From assembly GCA_028707125.1 (NCBI GenBank), contig JAQTUX010000002.1, forward strand, positions 80,355 to 144,354: a stretch of DNA of 64,000 nucleotides. Direction: 5' to 3'. Positions 18,365 through 28,714 of the stretch are shown here, piece after piece (the stretch's first letter is position 1; each line of letters opens with the position of its first letter). The translations under genes and the position numbers were made by a program. Below the pieces are notes generated by a model. The model ran no database searches and had not been told where the DNA came from. It saw only the letters and a list, made by a program, of their open reading frames with translations. This DNA comes from Candidatus Omnitrophota bacterium (GTDB lineage Bacteria > Omnitrophota > Gorgyraeia > Gygaellales > JAQTUX01).

Positions 18365-19402
18365 CTAAGATATTCCTTTAATCTTATCAAACATCTTTTC
18401 TATCTTCTTTACTGCGCTCTGCGTGTAGTCAGAAACCTTTGATAACTCATCATCGCTAAAACTGTCATATTGAGAAATCATCCGCTCGTTTAGACTCTCG
18501 AAATTTACAAGCCTGTTATTGTTTAAACCGATATCTTGCATTATACCTTCAATCTTATGCGAATTTGAGCTCAAGGCCAAGAAAGGCGTCTCTGTCGTCA
18601 GGGCAAAACAAAGCGCATGGAATCTTGCAGTTATCAGCATCCTTAAATTGCCGACTATTTCAATATAGTCCTTCCAAGAATTAACATAATAGAGCCTCCT
18701 TTCATAAGCATGGTCCAAAGCATATCCTAAAACCCTGTTTTGTAGAAAAGTCATTGCATTTCGCCCTTCATACTTTATTTTTTGAAAAAGTTTCATAGGA
18801 TTAAATACCCCTTCCAATCTGTAGGGCCTTACTAAAGGCAGATAAACAAAACGCTTTGACCTCTTGGAATAATTGTACATCTTTTGAGAAAGGTGTATAT
18901 AAGCGCTATCTGTAAATCCTATTCTGTCCGACCTTCTTCTCTGGGGGGCATCTTTTGCATCGCTGAAGAGCGTCATATCGGGGACTATCTCGCTATTAAC
19001 GCCTAATCTATCCAATTCTCTCTTACTTAAACTCTCTCGGACAAATATCAAATCAAAATTCTTCATATATCCCGCACACTCTTCATTGTTAGCATGATAT
19101 ACGGCATTTATCAATACTACGGGAATGTTTAATTTCTTACAATATTCGCTGACCTTAACCAAATACAACCCTTCTTTCTGGTTATGATGAATGGTCCCTT
19201 CGCCGTTAACTATCACAATATCGCTTTTCCTGACATTCCTGATAAATCTCGTATTGCATTCCCAATTTACGCCTACTGGATTTGTATCTATAACATCAAT
19301 ATTCTTTTTATGTAATAAATATCTGATATTCTTCATCACAAGCCGGCATCCATGCTCCATTTCAAAAAAAGTATCATTTAATATTACAGCCCTCTTTTTC
19401 AT
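18365..19402 (-). CDS. Polysaccharide pyruvyl transferase family protein
   Basis: C-terminal motif LITARFHALCFALTTETPFLALSSNSHKIEGIMQDIGL resembles the conserved RxHAxI...P...SY..K...F core of CsaB/WcaK-type pyruvyl transferases. Confidence 0.5.
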   Translation of the reverse strand: MKKRAVILNDTFFEMEHGCRLVMKNIRYLLHKKNIDVIDTNPVGVNWECNTRFIRNVRKSDIVIVNGEGTIHHNQKEGLYLVKVSEYCKKLNIPVVLINAVYHANNEECAGYMKNFDLIFVRESLSKRELDRLGVNSEIVPDMTLFSDAKDAPQRRRSDRIGFTDSAYIHLSQKMYNYSKRSKRFVYLPLVRPYRLEGVFNPMKLFQKIKYEGRNAMTFLQNRVLGYALDHAYERRLYYVNSWKDYIEIVGNLRMLITARFHALCFALTTETPFLALSSNSHKIEGIMQDIGLNNNRLVNFESLNERMISQYDSFSDDELSKVSDYTQSAVKKIEKMFDKIKGIS

Positions 19403-19431
19403 AATTTCCCTGCGCCGATATTCATCCCGCC

Positions 19432-21219
19432 CTAAATCCTGAACTGGATATCATATAGCCTTCTGTATAACCCGTTTCTCTCCAGCAGTTCCGCGTGCCT
19501 TCCGGACTCTGCCACCTTGCCCTCTTCTAAAACAATAATATTATCCGCGTGCACTATGGTTGAAAGCCTGTGCGCGATGGCTATGACCGTACGTTCTCTT
19601 GCCAGCTCGTCAATCGCCTCCTTAATTAATCTTTCCGTCTCGGTATCAAGGGAACTGGTGGCCTCGTCTAAAATCAATACCTCAGGATTATGTATTATTG
19701 CCCTTGCGATGGAAATCCTTTGTTTCTGTCCGCCGGACAACCGGACGCCTCTTTCTCCCAGTACGGTATCATAGCCGCTGGGAAGCCCTGTTATAAATTC
19801 ATGTGCATTAGCCGCCCTTGCGGCCCTGAATATTTCCGTATCAGGTATGCCATCATGCCCATATGCTATATTATCCTTAACGCTGGCATTGAAAATAAAG
19901 GTGTCCTGAGACACAAAACCGATTTTTCTCCTCCAAACCCTCAGATCAAGCGCTTTCAGATTCACTCCGTCAACCAGTATCTGCCCCAACTCCACATCGT
20001 AGAATCTGACGATCAAATTAATTATGGTGCTTTTACCTGCGCCTGAAACCCCCACGAATGCGGTCATTTTTCCCATGGGAATCTTGATGTTCAGTTTATT
20101 TAAAACATATCTATCCGCATTATCGTAAGAAAAATAGACATCCCTGAATTCTATGGAATCACGCACCTTATCAATCTTCTTCTGTCCGCTGATTATCGTT
20201 CTTTTTCCCTCCCTATCATACATATCTTCGTAATTTTCGAAAGCCGCCAGCCTGCTTATCGCCGTAGAACGGTATGTATTCAAGCTGTTTAATTGAGTTA
20301 GCATCCTCGCGAGAACTAGCAAATATGTGGCAATAAAAGGGAATGATCGCGCCATATCAATCTTTATTACATTGATAAGCGCAAGGAAACATAAGAAGAT
20401 CAGTCCAAAAATTAGCGCTTCGGATAAAGGTATGATGAGATGTATGTTTTTATTGGTCTGATAGTGTAAAAGATACAGCTTCCTGGTCGCATTATTAAAT
20501 CTGCCCTTCTCCAGATCTTCTGTGCTGCAGCTCTTTATCAGCGCCATGCCTCCCAATATCTCCATTAACTTATGATTATACTCTTTGATTGACTCTGATA
20601 TGCTTCTTCCGATCCGCTTAATGTTCTTCATAATTAATTCAATGGGCATTAAAACGGCTGCGGTCAAAAGAAAAACTATTATACTTGCCCTCCACGATAT
20701 CAAGAACAAAATAATCACATATGCCAGTATTCTGGCAAGAACCGCAACGAAGGTAAGCACGGCCAATATAAAATCACCCATACGCTCTGTTTCGGCATTA
20801 ATGACCCCTATGATATTGCCCGTCTTTACGCCGTGGAAAAATTGTATATCGTACTCTATGAGATTACCCATAAGGTTTATTCTAAGATCCCTGATGGTGC
20901 TAAATCTTAATTTAGCGATCAGTATATTCGAAAGATATAAAAAGACATTTTTCATAACCAGCATCAGAAATATAAATATGAAAATCAGCAGTATTGCGTC
21001 TGACTGATTTAAGGACGCAAATGATATAACTGATCCTTTTAAAAATGGCAATTCTTGAAATAAACCTGTTTTATTGCTTATCATGCTCTGAATAAGGGGG
21101 ATAAGCATGCCGAAGCTGGCGCCTTCAAAGAAGGACGATGCCATAATTGAGAATAGGGCGCTCCAACTCAATAAAGGATATCTTCTTAGATATTTTAATG
21201 TGATGGATAAGAACTTCAT
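19432..21219 (-). CDS. ABC transporter permease/ATP-binding protein (MsbA-like exporter)
   Basis: Six-helix TMD followed by Walker A (GVSGAGKST), ABC signature (LSGGQKQRISIARA) and Walker B (ILDEATSSLD). Confidence 0.85.
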   Translation of the reverse strand: MKFLSITLKYLRRYPLLSWSALFSIMASSFFEGASFGMLIPLIQSMISNKTGLFQELPFLKGSVISFASLNQSDAILLIFIFIFLMLVMKNVFLYLSNILIAKLRFSTIRDLRINLMGNLIEYDIQFFHGVKTGNIIGVINAETERMGDFILAVLTFVAVLARILAYVIILFLISWRASIIVFLLTAAVLMPIELIMKNIKRIGRSISESIKEYNHKLMEILGGMALIKSCSTEDLEKGRFNNATRKLYLLHYQTNKNIHLIIPLSEALIFGLIFLCFLALINVIKIDMARSFPFIATYLLVLARMLTQLNSLNTYRSTAISRLAAFENYEDMYDREGKRTIISGQKKIDKVRDSIEFRDVYFSYDNADRYVLNKLNIKIPMGKMTAFVGVSGAGKSTIINLIVRFYDVELGQILVDGVNLKALDLRVWRRKIGFVSQDTFIFNASVKDNIAYGHDGIPDTEIFRAARAANAHEFITGLPSGYDTVLGERGVRLSGGQKQRISIARAIIHNPEVLILDEATSSLDTETERLIKEAIDELARERTVIAIAHRLSTIVHADNIIVLEEGKVAESGRHAELLERNGLYRRLYDIQFRI

Positions 21220-22748
21220 GATAATCTCTTAATGATAAAACCTTTGATTTTGGACAATTTCTCAAATACCGCTCTCTCTAAAGAGATAAAGAGAAAGAAA
21301 TTGAAGCGCATTCTAAACGAAGATACTATCTCCCTTATCCTCCCTTTAAAACTGGGATTATAGAAGGCGATCTGCCTATAGGCATATACCATTGCATTCA
21401 ATCTGCGGGGATTATCGATCCATTTATAATTATCAAATGATTCATAACCAAAGCTATCTACAAATTCCCTTTCAGAAAGCTTTGCCCACTCTTTAAGGCT
21501 GCGAGGCGGAGAATAGCCGTAATTATCCACGATTTCCTTATAAAGCGGTGACCCTGGGTATGGCCTGAAAGGAGTAACAGAAACACAGCTTATCTTTACC
21601 ATGTTCCTGATTTTCAATGCAAGACGATAAGTATTTTCAATATCCCTTTCTGTCTCTCCGGGAAGCCCGACCATAAAATTCATTTTAGGAATGATGTTGG
21701 CTCTGGACAGCATCTCAGCCGCTTTAATAATTTGCTCAACCTTAAGATTTTTTTTCAATTTATCCAGCATTGACTGTGAGGCGCTCTCCACTCCCATCGC
21801 CGCAACAACCATGCCTGAACGGCTTAATCTCTTTACTGTCTCAAAATCGACATAATTATCGCTGAAATAATCCGCCCTTGTCTGAGGCCGCCACTTGATA
21901 TTCAAATTTTCCTTCTCTAACAGATCAAGGAATTCAAATGTTCTTTTCCTGTCAACAAAGAAGTTTTCATCTAATGGCTGGATGAAATCAGCGCCGTAAT
22001 TGCTCTTGAGAAATTTAATCCTCTCTACGATCTCTCCCGCCTCGCGAAAACAGCATTTCTTTCTGACTATCACGTTAATACAAAAGGTGCATTGGTAAGG
22101 GCACCCCAACGCGGTTACAATGGGATAGGCCCTGGTATCTTTGTACTGCCCGCTATAGAAATCCTCGATAGCAACGCTATTCCTTCTGGAGTATCGTTCA
22201 TGGTCTAGTAATGAAAAATCAATAAAAGGGGTGTTACTAAAATCGTCCTTGCATTTATTTTCTTCATTTGCTTTTATGCGCCTGCCTGTTTTATAAAATA
22301 TCCCGGGGACGCAAGAGAGATCATCTCCGCGGGAAATGGTTTCACCCAATTTAACAATGGTAGCAGCGGCATCGTTGACAACGGCTATGTCAACCGCAGG
22401 GTCTTCGACTGTCTGCTCGGGGAAAAGTGTCGGATGCACCCCTCCCCAGGCAACCGCTGCATCGGGGAACTTTGCCTTTATGGCCCGTGATACAAAATAC
22501 GACCAAGGCAGTTGTATCGTCATCACGGAAAAACCTACAAACGCCAGGTTTTCATCAATCTCGGACAGTATAGCTTTTGTCGCATCCCCAATATCCAGAT
22601 AAGTGCCGTCAATCACCTTGACCTGAAATCCGGCCCTGTCCAGAATAGTAGCCAATATCATTATTGCCGTATTCGGATAAAGGCCGTAATCCGGACGCCT
22701 GTGAAAATGAATTCCAGGATTAACTAAAATAACCTTGTTTTTTCGCAT
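21216..22748 (-). CDS. B12-binding domain-containing radical SAM protein
   Basis: B12-binding N-terminus (AWGGVHPTL...DIAVVNDAAATI). CxxxCxxC (GCPYQCTFCIN). Confidence 0.85.
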   Translation of the reverse strand: MRKNKVILVNPGIHFHRRPDYGLYPNTAIMILATILDRAGFQVKVIDGTYLDIGDATKAILSEIDENLAFVGFSVMTIQLPWSYFVSRAIKAKFPDAAVAWGGVHPTLFPEQTVEDPAVDIAVVNDAAATIVKLGETISRGDDLSCVPGIFYKTGRRIKANEENKCKDDFSNTPFIDFSLLDHERYSRRNSVAIEDFYSGQYKDTRAYPIVTALGCPYQCTFCINVIVRKKCCFREAGEIVERIKFLKSNYGADFIQPLDENFFVDRKRTFEFLDLLEKENLNIKWRPQTRADYFSDNYVDFETVKRLSRSGMVVAAMGVESASQSMLDKLKKNLKVEQIIKAAEMLSRANIIPKMNFMVGLPGETERDIENTYRLALKIRNMVKISCVSVTPFRPYPGSPLYKEIVDNYGYSPPRSLKEWAKLSEREFVDSFGYESFDNYKWIDNPRRLNAMVYAYRQIAFYNPSFKGRIREIVSSFRMRFNFFLFISLERAVFEKLSKIKGFIIKRLS

Positions 22749-24639
22749 ATGAATTAATTAAATCAAAAATGGACTGCCGTTCATTCTCCGTATAAATATA
22801 CTGATCAAATAAATGACTGTCCCGCTCCCTGTCCATACTTAAATTAAGAATATTACTTATTGCGTATTCTAAATCCCTGCTTTCCTTAACATGATAAAGC
22901 GCCCTGCGCGGTAAATGGCTGCCCGATTCTATTGCATAGGCCGGGATATGCTGATAGCGCCCCATTCCGCCATACAGCAGGACCGGGATCCTATTCTGCA
23001 ATGCCTCCTCAATAGTTGTAGACGAAAAACTTACCAATAAATCGGCTATCCCCAGAATATCAATAAATCTTCCCTCAGTACTCAAGATAACTTTTTCTGA
23101 AAAAGGCACTATACTTTTAATGGTATCCAGGGTAATCTCAAAAGACGGACGAATCCTTATTATAAGGACCGTATCCGGTATTTTCTCCACACTGGCGGCC
23201 AGATCGACTAATGATTGAAGGTATTCGTCGCCTGTTTCATACACATAGAACCGCGAGTATATTTTTGAGGTACCGGCGTGCAAAACAATCCTTGTTTTCT
23301 TACGATCATATTTCTTACTGAACATGCCTTCATATAGTGCTCTACTTTTAGCTGGATCCACCGGAGTTCCCCATATTAAGGGGCCGCTTCTTATGATTTT
23401 ACTTTCCGAAGGAAAGACCTTAAGGTATCCTTCTGCGAGCGGGGTTTGTAAGGCGAGCAAAGAAAAGGGAGCGCTTAAAAACATCCTGCCCTGCTCTCCC
23501 CATTCAATCATCTCATAATCATTCTTCGGCTGCACATGAGAACCATGGCTGATGAAAATAAGCGGGATATTATTACTATCGGCCATCTCGGCAAGGGCAA
23601 CATCATCAGGACGATTCCCGCAGCTTAAGATTGCGATCGGCTTTGCTGGCTTAATAAAGTTGTTCAGTCTTACTAACCAAACAAAAAGATAGATAATATA
23701 ATTCATAATATTATTCCGGGGATCTTGAGCCAAGAAAACACCCAGCATGATTCCTCTGTATGAAAATAGCGCAGAATCAGCATTGATTTTCTTAACTAAC
23801 TCATTGAATGACTTCCTTTGATCCTTAATGATTGTTCTCAATTTATTATTTAACATACGAATAATAAAATCCGGTAAACAGCAATCAGGTATCGCGGGAT
23901 CATTCAGAAAGAATAATCTGTTCTTTCCGTATTCACCCTTGATCTTCTCAGCGAGTTTATCCATATTATAATGTTTCGTAGTCAATAAAATAAAACTCCT
24001 GTTATTCAGCAGATTTTCTAATAGCCGTTTTCTTGACCATAATGAAAATTCAAACCATCTGAATAAAAATCTGGACAGGTTTTTAGCATTGTGCTTTATC
24101 CGCGCAAAGCTGCCATCTTTATAATCGCCGATCTCTTCAAACCGTAAAGATTTTTCCTGGCTGACTGATTTAACGATCTGGCCTGCATAATTCTCCGGGA
24201 AACTGTTCATTTCATCCGGGTAATATTTTTTCTCAGAAAGGCTGGCCGCAATGACCGTAGGGTGGTGAACATCAACGGCATTATAAACTATCTCTATTAA
24301 TTTTAATGAATAGTGCATCCTCAGACGGGATAAGAAAACAAACGCTTCCCTGCAGGCATGCTGATGGCCGAATTCAGACTCGGCGATCTTTACGTTTTCC
24401 CGCAGCCAACCTGTCAGGGCCCTGGACTTATCCAGCACTCTTTTGTGGGATTCGGTTGTAAAATATGGGAGTGTATTGTGCGCGGGAATATTCAACCGCT
24501 TCAGATATGAGTAAACAGCCGGACTCAGGGCAATAAATAAAATACCCCTACCGGCTAAACCGTTGTCTTGCAGGTCACTATGCAGATACCTGTCAACCTG
24601 TGAATTCTTACTGACAAAAATCAGCTTCTGCATTATCAA
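22720..24639 (-). CDS. Hypothetical large protein with GT-B-like C-terminal half (possible glycosyl-/phosphotransferase)
   Basis: 639 aa soluble. C-terminal Rossmann-like pattern (IAILSCGNRPDD...STTIEEALQNRIPVLLYGG). Family not identified. Confidence 0.35.
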   Translation of the reverse strand: MIMQKLIFVSKNSQVDRYLHSDLQDNGLAGRGILFIALSPAVYSYLKRLNIPAHNTLPYFTTESHKRVLDKSRALTGWLRENVKIAESEFGHQHACREAFVFLSRLRMHYSLKLIEIVYNAVDVHHPTVIAASLSEKKYYPDEMNSFPENYAGQIVKSVSQEKSLRFEEIGDYKDGSFARIKHNAKNLSRFLFRWFEFSLWSRKRLLENLLNNRSFILLTTKHYNMDKLAEKIKGEYGKNRLFFLNDPAIPDCCLPDFIIRMLNNKLRTIIKDQRKSFNELVKKINADSALFSYRGIMLGVFLAQDPRNNIMNYIIYLFVWLVRLNNFIKPAKPIAILSCGNRPDDVALAEMADSNNIPLIFISHGSHVQPKNDYEMIEWGEQGRMFLSAPFSLLALQTPLAEGYLKVFPSESKIIRSGPLIWGTPVDPAKSRALYEGMFSKKYDRKKTRIVLHAGTSKIYSRFYVYETGDEYLQSLVDLAASVEKIPDTVLIIRIRPSFEITLDTIKSIVPFSEKVILSTEGRFIDILGIADLLVSFSSTTIEEALQNRIPVLLYGGMGRYQHIPAYAIESGSHLPRRALYHVKESRDLEYAISNILNLSMDRERDSHLFDQYIYTENERQSIFDLINSYAKKQGYFS

Positions 24640-24648
24640 TTCCCGCTC

Positions 24649-26004
24649 CTATTTCCACCACGTGTTAATTAAAAGAGAGGCCAATCCAAAATCCTCCTTA
24701 TTCCTTACCTCTAAATGAGAATAAGGGTCGTTAAGCTCATAAATGCCGATCTTCTTCCCTAAAAGGTTTCCCTGCCTGATAAATTCCGGATGTGTGACAC
24801 AGGCGACTCCTTTAAGTTCCATAAATGTGGGGTCTTTAAATTCTCTGGGGGTAAGCCCTTCGACAATTTGCTGTATACTGCCCTCTTTCTGGTGCCACAT
24901 TGCTTTATTCTCTCTTCTTGCGGCTATCACGCTATCAAGGCCATCCTGCACAAGCTGCAAGATCATATCGTCTATCAGGCCTTTTGGGCGGAAGGGGAAG
25001 GTGATCTCGAGGCATACAACTATATCAGGGAGTATTTTTAAATCTTCAATTTTATTCAAAGAGTATTGATATACTTTAGCCAAATCAACGGACTCCTTGG
25101 AAAAAGAGGCGTCTCTGATAAACGGTGCCTCGGCGCCTAAATCTTTGGCTAAATCAGCCAACTGGATATTATCCGTAGAAACGATTGTTTTCTTAATATA
25201 TTTTGATTCAAATGCCCTTTTTAAAGTATAGGACAAAAGAGGTTTATTATCTAAGTACTGAGCCGGACCCTTGACAGGAATCAATGCCGCAATATTAAGT
25301 TTATCTACGTCAATCGACTTATAAGTATAATCCGAATGCAAAGATTTCAATACCCGCACTACATTCGTGCATCTTTCCGCATCGCCGTTCTGATGTATAC
25401 CGTGGTAATGATACACGCTGGCCTCTGGTTCGTATATGACCTTAAATCCCTTCTGCAATATATTCTGCGCCCAAACCCTGTCTTCTATATTAGTTATACC
25501 CTCATCAAATGGAGCCTCATGCCAGATATCTCTGCGGATCATACTATTGGCATTGTGAAAGAGACTGTCCTTCAGCTGGACCTTGCGGTCAAGCCCGAAT
25601 ACCAAAGCCAGGTCCCTCTTGTCGGCGTCAGAGGTGAAATCCAATGCCTCCTGCCTGCCGTAAACCCCCGCTACCTTAGGATCGTCAAAATTAAGCAAAA
25701 GCTTATTCAGCCATTGGTCATTTACCGGTATGCAATGGCCGGCCAAAGACACGATATATTCCCCTTCTGCCTCCCTTATACCCATATTAAGGGCTTTGCC
25801 GGGCCGGTAATCCCTGCAGGTAACAACCCTCTTAACGGGGTATTGCCTGACCTTCTCCAGCGTCTTATCGCTGCTTTCATTATCCACTATAATAACCTCA
25901 AAATTCTTATGTTTTTGACTGAAAACCGCATTTAGGCAAGAGACAATCCAACGCTCCTCGTTCTTGGTCCTTACAATTACGGAGACCTTCTTATCACTCA
26001 ACAT
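24649..26004 (-). CDS. Bifunctional GT2 glycosyltransferase / CMP-sugar-synthetase-like cytidylyltransferase fusion
   Basis: N-terminal GT-A (VSVIVRTKNEERWIVSCLNAV...EVIIVDNESSDKT). C-terminal CTP_transf_3-like (IAALIPVKGPAQYLDNKPLLSYTLKRAFESKYIKKTIVSTDN). Confidence 0.65.
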   Translation of the reverse strand: MLSDKKVSVIVRTKNEERWIVSCLNAVFSQKHKNFEVIIVDNESSDKTLEKVRQYPVKRVVTCRDYRPGKALNMGIREAEGEYIVSLAGHCIPVNDQWLNKLLLNFDDPKVAGVYGRQEALDFTSDADKRDLALVFGLDRKVQLKDSLFHNANSMIRRDIWHEAPFDEGITNIEDRVWAQNILQKGFKVIYEPEASVYHYHGIHQNGDAERCTNVVRVLKSLHSDYTYKSIDVDKLNIAALIPVKGPAQYLDNKPLLSYTLKRAFESKYIKKTIVSTDNIQLADLAKDLGAEAPFIRDASFSKESVDLAKVYQYSLNKIEDLKILPDIVVCLEITFPFRPKGLIDDMILQLVQDGLDSVIAARRENKAMWHQKEGSIQQIVEGLTPREFKDPTFMELKGVACVTHPEFIRQGNLLGKKIGIYELNDPYSHLEVRNKEDFGLASLLINTWWK

Positions 26005-26962
26005 AAAGATTTACCCTTTCATGATTATTGTTCAGACAATTAACCGCATTTTCCAAGGCGCGCTTAGTCATATTAATGGCGGTAATCTTATCCAGGGCTG
26101 CTATATGTGGCGAACAGACAACATTGGGATGCCCGGCTAATTCTCTTGAGATATCAGAAACCGGCTCATTAGAAAAAACATCGGTAGCGTAGCCTGCGAT
26201 CTCGCCCCTTTTTAAGGCCTCTAACAACAGGCCCTCATCAACCAATCCTCCCCGGGCCGTATTAACTAAATATTTACCGGCCAGTTCTCTTAATATATCT
26301 CCGGATATGATATTGCTGGTTTCTGCCGTCAATGGTAAATGCAGAGATATGATATCGGAAAGCTTTATTATCTCTTCTAAGCCATGGGCGCATGGATATT
26401 TATCCGTTTTTGTGGTCCGGTTATACAATAAGATTTTAAAACCCAGCATGGCGGCTAAATCTGCCAATGCCTGGCCGATCCTGCCAAAACCAACAACGCC
26501 AAGAGTAATAGCCTCTTCGGAGATATTGGGCTTTCGCAGCCAGAGCCCTTTCTTAAGATTTCTGTCGTTTTCCGTTATGCGATGGGTTAAAGACAGAATA
26601 AGGGCGAGCGTATGCCTGGCAACAGCAGTAGAGCTTACTGCCCTGGTCCTGGTAACCCTTACCCCAAATCTCCTCGCAGATTCCAGATCGATAGAATCGC
26701 AGCCTTCTCCAAATCTTGAAATTACCTTAAGGCCGCGGCAAGATTCAAGCATACCGGATGTGATCGGTTCAAGGTCAAGGACCACCGCGTCTTTGTCTTG
26801 AAGAAAACTGATAAGTTTTCCCGGTTCATCCACGCGCCCATAAGTAGACGTGAGATCAATATCTTCCAGCAGTGAATCCGGCAAGCGACTTAATGATTCG
26901 CAGGCCTCTTTAGGCGTAATCAGGATCCTGTATTTCGTAAAAGCTTTCGATCTTTTATTCAA
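25994..26962 (-). CDS. D-isomer-specific 2-hydroxyacid dehydrogenase (PGDH/GHPR-like)
   Basis: NAD-binding motif GVVGFGRIGQALADLAAMLGFKILLYNR. Catalytic Arg/Glu/His region (NTARGGLVDE...SPHIA). Confidence 0.8.
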   Translation of the reverse strand: MNKRSKAFTKYRILITPKEACESLSRLPDSLLEDIDLTSTYGRVDEPGKLISFLQDKDAVVLDLEPITSGMLESCRGLKVISRFGEGCDSIDLESARRFGVRVTRTRAVSSTAVARHTLALILSLTHRITENDRNLKKGLWLRKPNISEEAITLGVVGFGRIGQALADLAAMLGFKILLYNRTTKTDKYPCAHGLEEIIKLSDIISLHLPLTAETSNIISGDILRELAGKYLVNTARGGLVDEGLLLEALKRGEIAGYATDVFSNEPVSDISRELAGHPNVVCSPHIAALDKITAINMTKRALENAVNCLNNNHERVNLYVE

Positions 26963-27743
26963 GCGTCCTGCCTCCGTCTACAACTATATTTTGTCCGGTA
27001 ACGTAAGTTAAGGGCCCCACCAAAGAAAACACCGCGTTGGCAGTATCTTCGCAGGCACCCAACCTGCCTAAAGGGGTCCTTTTTATTTGTTCGGCTTTAT
27101 AATCTTTCCAATCTTTGATCAACGCGGTCTCCGTCAGGCCCGGACTTATTGCGTTTACCCGTATATCCGGAGCCAACGCCCTCGCCAGAGATTTAGTCAT
27201 GTTGACTATTCCTGCCTTCATGGCGCAATAGGCGATATTACTCCCTACGGCTGTGATCGCCGCGATAGAAGCAATGTTAACTATTGAGGCTTCTTTGGAT
27301 TTACGCAATAAGGGCAACGCCTTCTGTATGCAAAGAAAATAACCGCGCAAATGTAACTCATACATTTCATCGAAGATATCCTCTGTCAGCTCATCCACTT
27401 TATGATGTTCAATGAAATGCGTTGACCCTGCATTGTTGACGAGGATGTCGAGGCGGCCGTATTGCGCCTCAATCTGTCCCATCATCTCGCAGACCTGGGC
27501 TGAGGACCTTATATCGGCCCGTATATAGCGGTGGCGCTGTCCTTTATCCGCCGGCAGCTGCGACAATACCTCTTCTGCCTCCCTATCCGACTTAGAGGCG
27601 TTTATAATAATATCCGCGCCTTCTACGGCAAGGCGCAGAGCGATCGCCCTGCCTATGCCCCTGCTTGAACCAGTTACCAGGACTACCTTATCCTCCAGAT
27701 TCATTCCTTTTCTTCCTTTCGCTTGAATGACCTGTTTATCCAA
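26955..27743 (-). CDS. SDR-family oxidoreductase (3-oxoacyl-ACP-reductase-like)
   Basis: VVLVTGSSRGIGRAIA Rossmann motif, NNAG, and YCAMKAG catalytic YxxxK. Confidence 0.85.
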   Translation of the reverse strand: MDKQVIQAKGRKGMNLEDKVVLVTGSSRGIGRAIALRLAVEGADIIINASKSDREAEEVLSQLPADKGQRHRYIRADIRSSAQVCEMMGQIEAQYGRLDILVNNAGSTHFIEHHKVDELTEDIFDEMYELHLRGYFLCIQKALPLLRKSKEASIVNIASIAAITAVGSNIAYCAMKAGIVNMTKSLARALAPDIRVNAISPGLTETALIKDWKDYKAEQIKRTPLGRLGACEDTANAVFSLVGPLTYVTGQNIVVDGGRTLE

Positions 27744-28714
27744 TTATGGGCATCGATCAGACTCCCGCTATTTACTTCTTTCCACAATTTGCTTACGGCC
27801 GGGTATCCGGAGCTGCCTTCCTTATCCAAGTCCTTTGCAAATTTTCCGCTCTTTATCCTGCTGATAATCTTTCGCGCCTTCTTTTCGGCTTCTTTGCCTA
27901 TTGCCGTATCAAAATAAGCGGCGATCCCATACTGGCATGTAGGAGATGCGTTTTCCTGAAACACCTTTCCGATACCCGCCTCTGAAGCCATCCTGATGAC
28001 CTCTGCGAGCTCGCCTGAAGCATATAACTCCATAAGCGCCGCTGCCGGCTGATAATGCATTTCATCCACCAAAACCTTAAAACCTGTATGAATGGCCTTA
28101 ACTATAGCGGATACGAGAAATTGTTCGATAAAGAGGTCCAGCTCTGCCTCGGTCTTGTAGTCCACCTTCATGACACCTGCCCTGGTAAATCCGGCTGCCC
28201 TGGACAGCGCAAGCAATATCTGCCAGGCAGAACCGGTCTCATTCCGGGCAACATCTACGAAGGCCGGGACCCCGCGCCCTCTTAAAAAGTAATCCCTGAT
28301 TTGACGCCCCGGCATACGCGGCGCGAGCATTGCTACATCAATACCACTGGGAAGTTTTATGGTCTTAAAACGCAAGGCATACCCGTGGGCAAATACAATC
28401 ATGCTTTTTGGCTTTAAGTAATCCTTTATATGCCTGTTAAATACATGGGCCTGCGCTTGATCGGGGATCAGAAACAAGATAACATCCGATCTACTCACTA
28501 ATTCATTAAACTTATGTATTTTAAAACCGTCCTGAATTGCCTGTTTGGCGTAACGGTCTTTACGATTTGCGACCAATACCTTGATACCCGAATCCCTGAT
28601 ATTCAACGCCTGTGCGCGGCCCTGAATACCGTAGCCGATGATACCTACTGTCTTATTCTTCAGCCATTTTAGGTCCGCGTCTTTATCGTAATATATCTTT
28701 CCCATATTAAACAC
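27701..28714 (-). CDS. Ketol-acid reductoisomerase (KARI, IlvC family) homologue
   Basis: Class-I KARI N-terminus (LKNKTVGIIGYGIQGRAQALNIRDSGIKVLVANRK) and length 337 aa. Embedded in a glycan locus rather than an ilv operon. Confidence 0.7.
   Translation of the reverse strand: MFNMGKIYYDKDADLKWLKNKTVGIIGYGIQGRAQALNIRDSGIKVLVANRKDRYAKQAIQDGFKIHKFNELVSRSDVILFLIPDQAQAHVFNRHIKDYLKPKSMIVFAHGYALRFKTIKLPSGIDVAMLAPRMPGRQIRDYFLRGRGVPAFVDVARNETGSAWQILLALSRAAGFTRAGVMKVDYKTEAELDLFIEQFLVSAIVKAIHTGFKVLVDEMHYQPAAALMELYASGELAEVIRMASEAGIGKVFQENASPTCQYGIAAYFDTAIGKEAEKKARKIISRIKSGKFAKDLDKEGSSGYPAVSKLWKEVNSGSLIDAHNWINRSFKRKEEKE

Noticed and set aside
25336-25935. 199-aa plus-strand ORF
   Set aside because: It is entirely antisense to the well-supported GT2-cytidylyltransferase gene. 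It has no motif and is a likely reading-frame shadow.
26307-26801. 164-aa plus-strand ORF
   Set aside because: It is antisense to the 2-hydroxyacid dehydrogenase gene. No support.
27701-28714. Reading the KARI homologue as the ordinary housekeeping ilvC
   Set aside because: It is embedded in a single-strand glycan operon without ilvBN, ilvD or leu genes nearby. I keep it as a KARI-family homologue of uncertain physiological substrate, reported as a finding rather than as ilvC.
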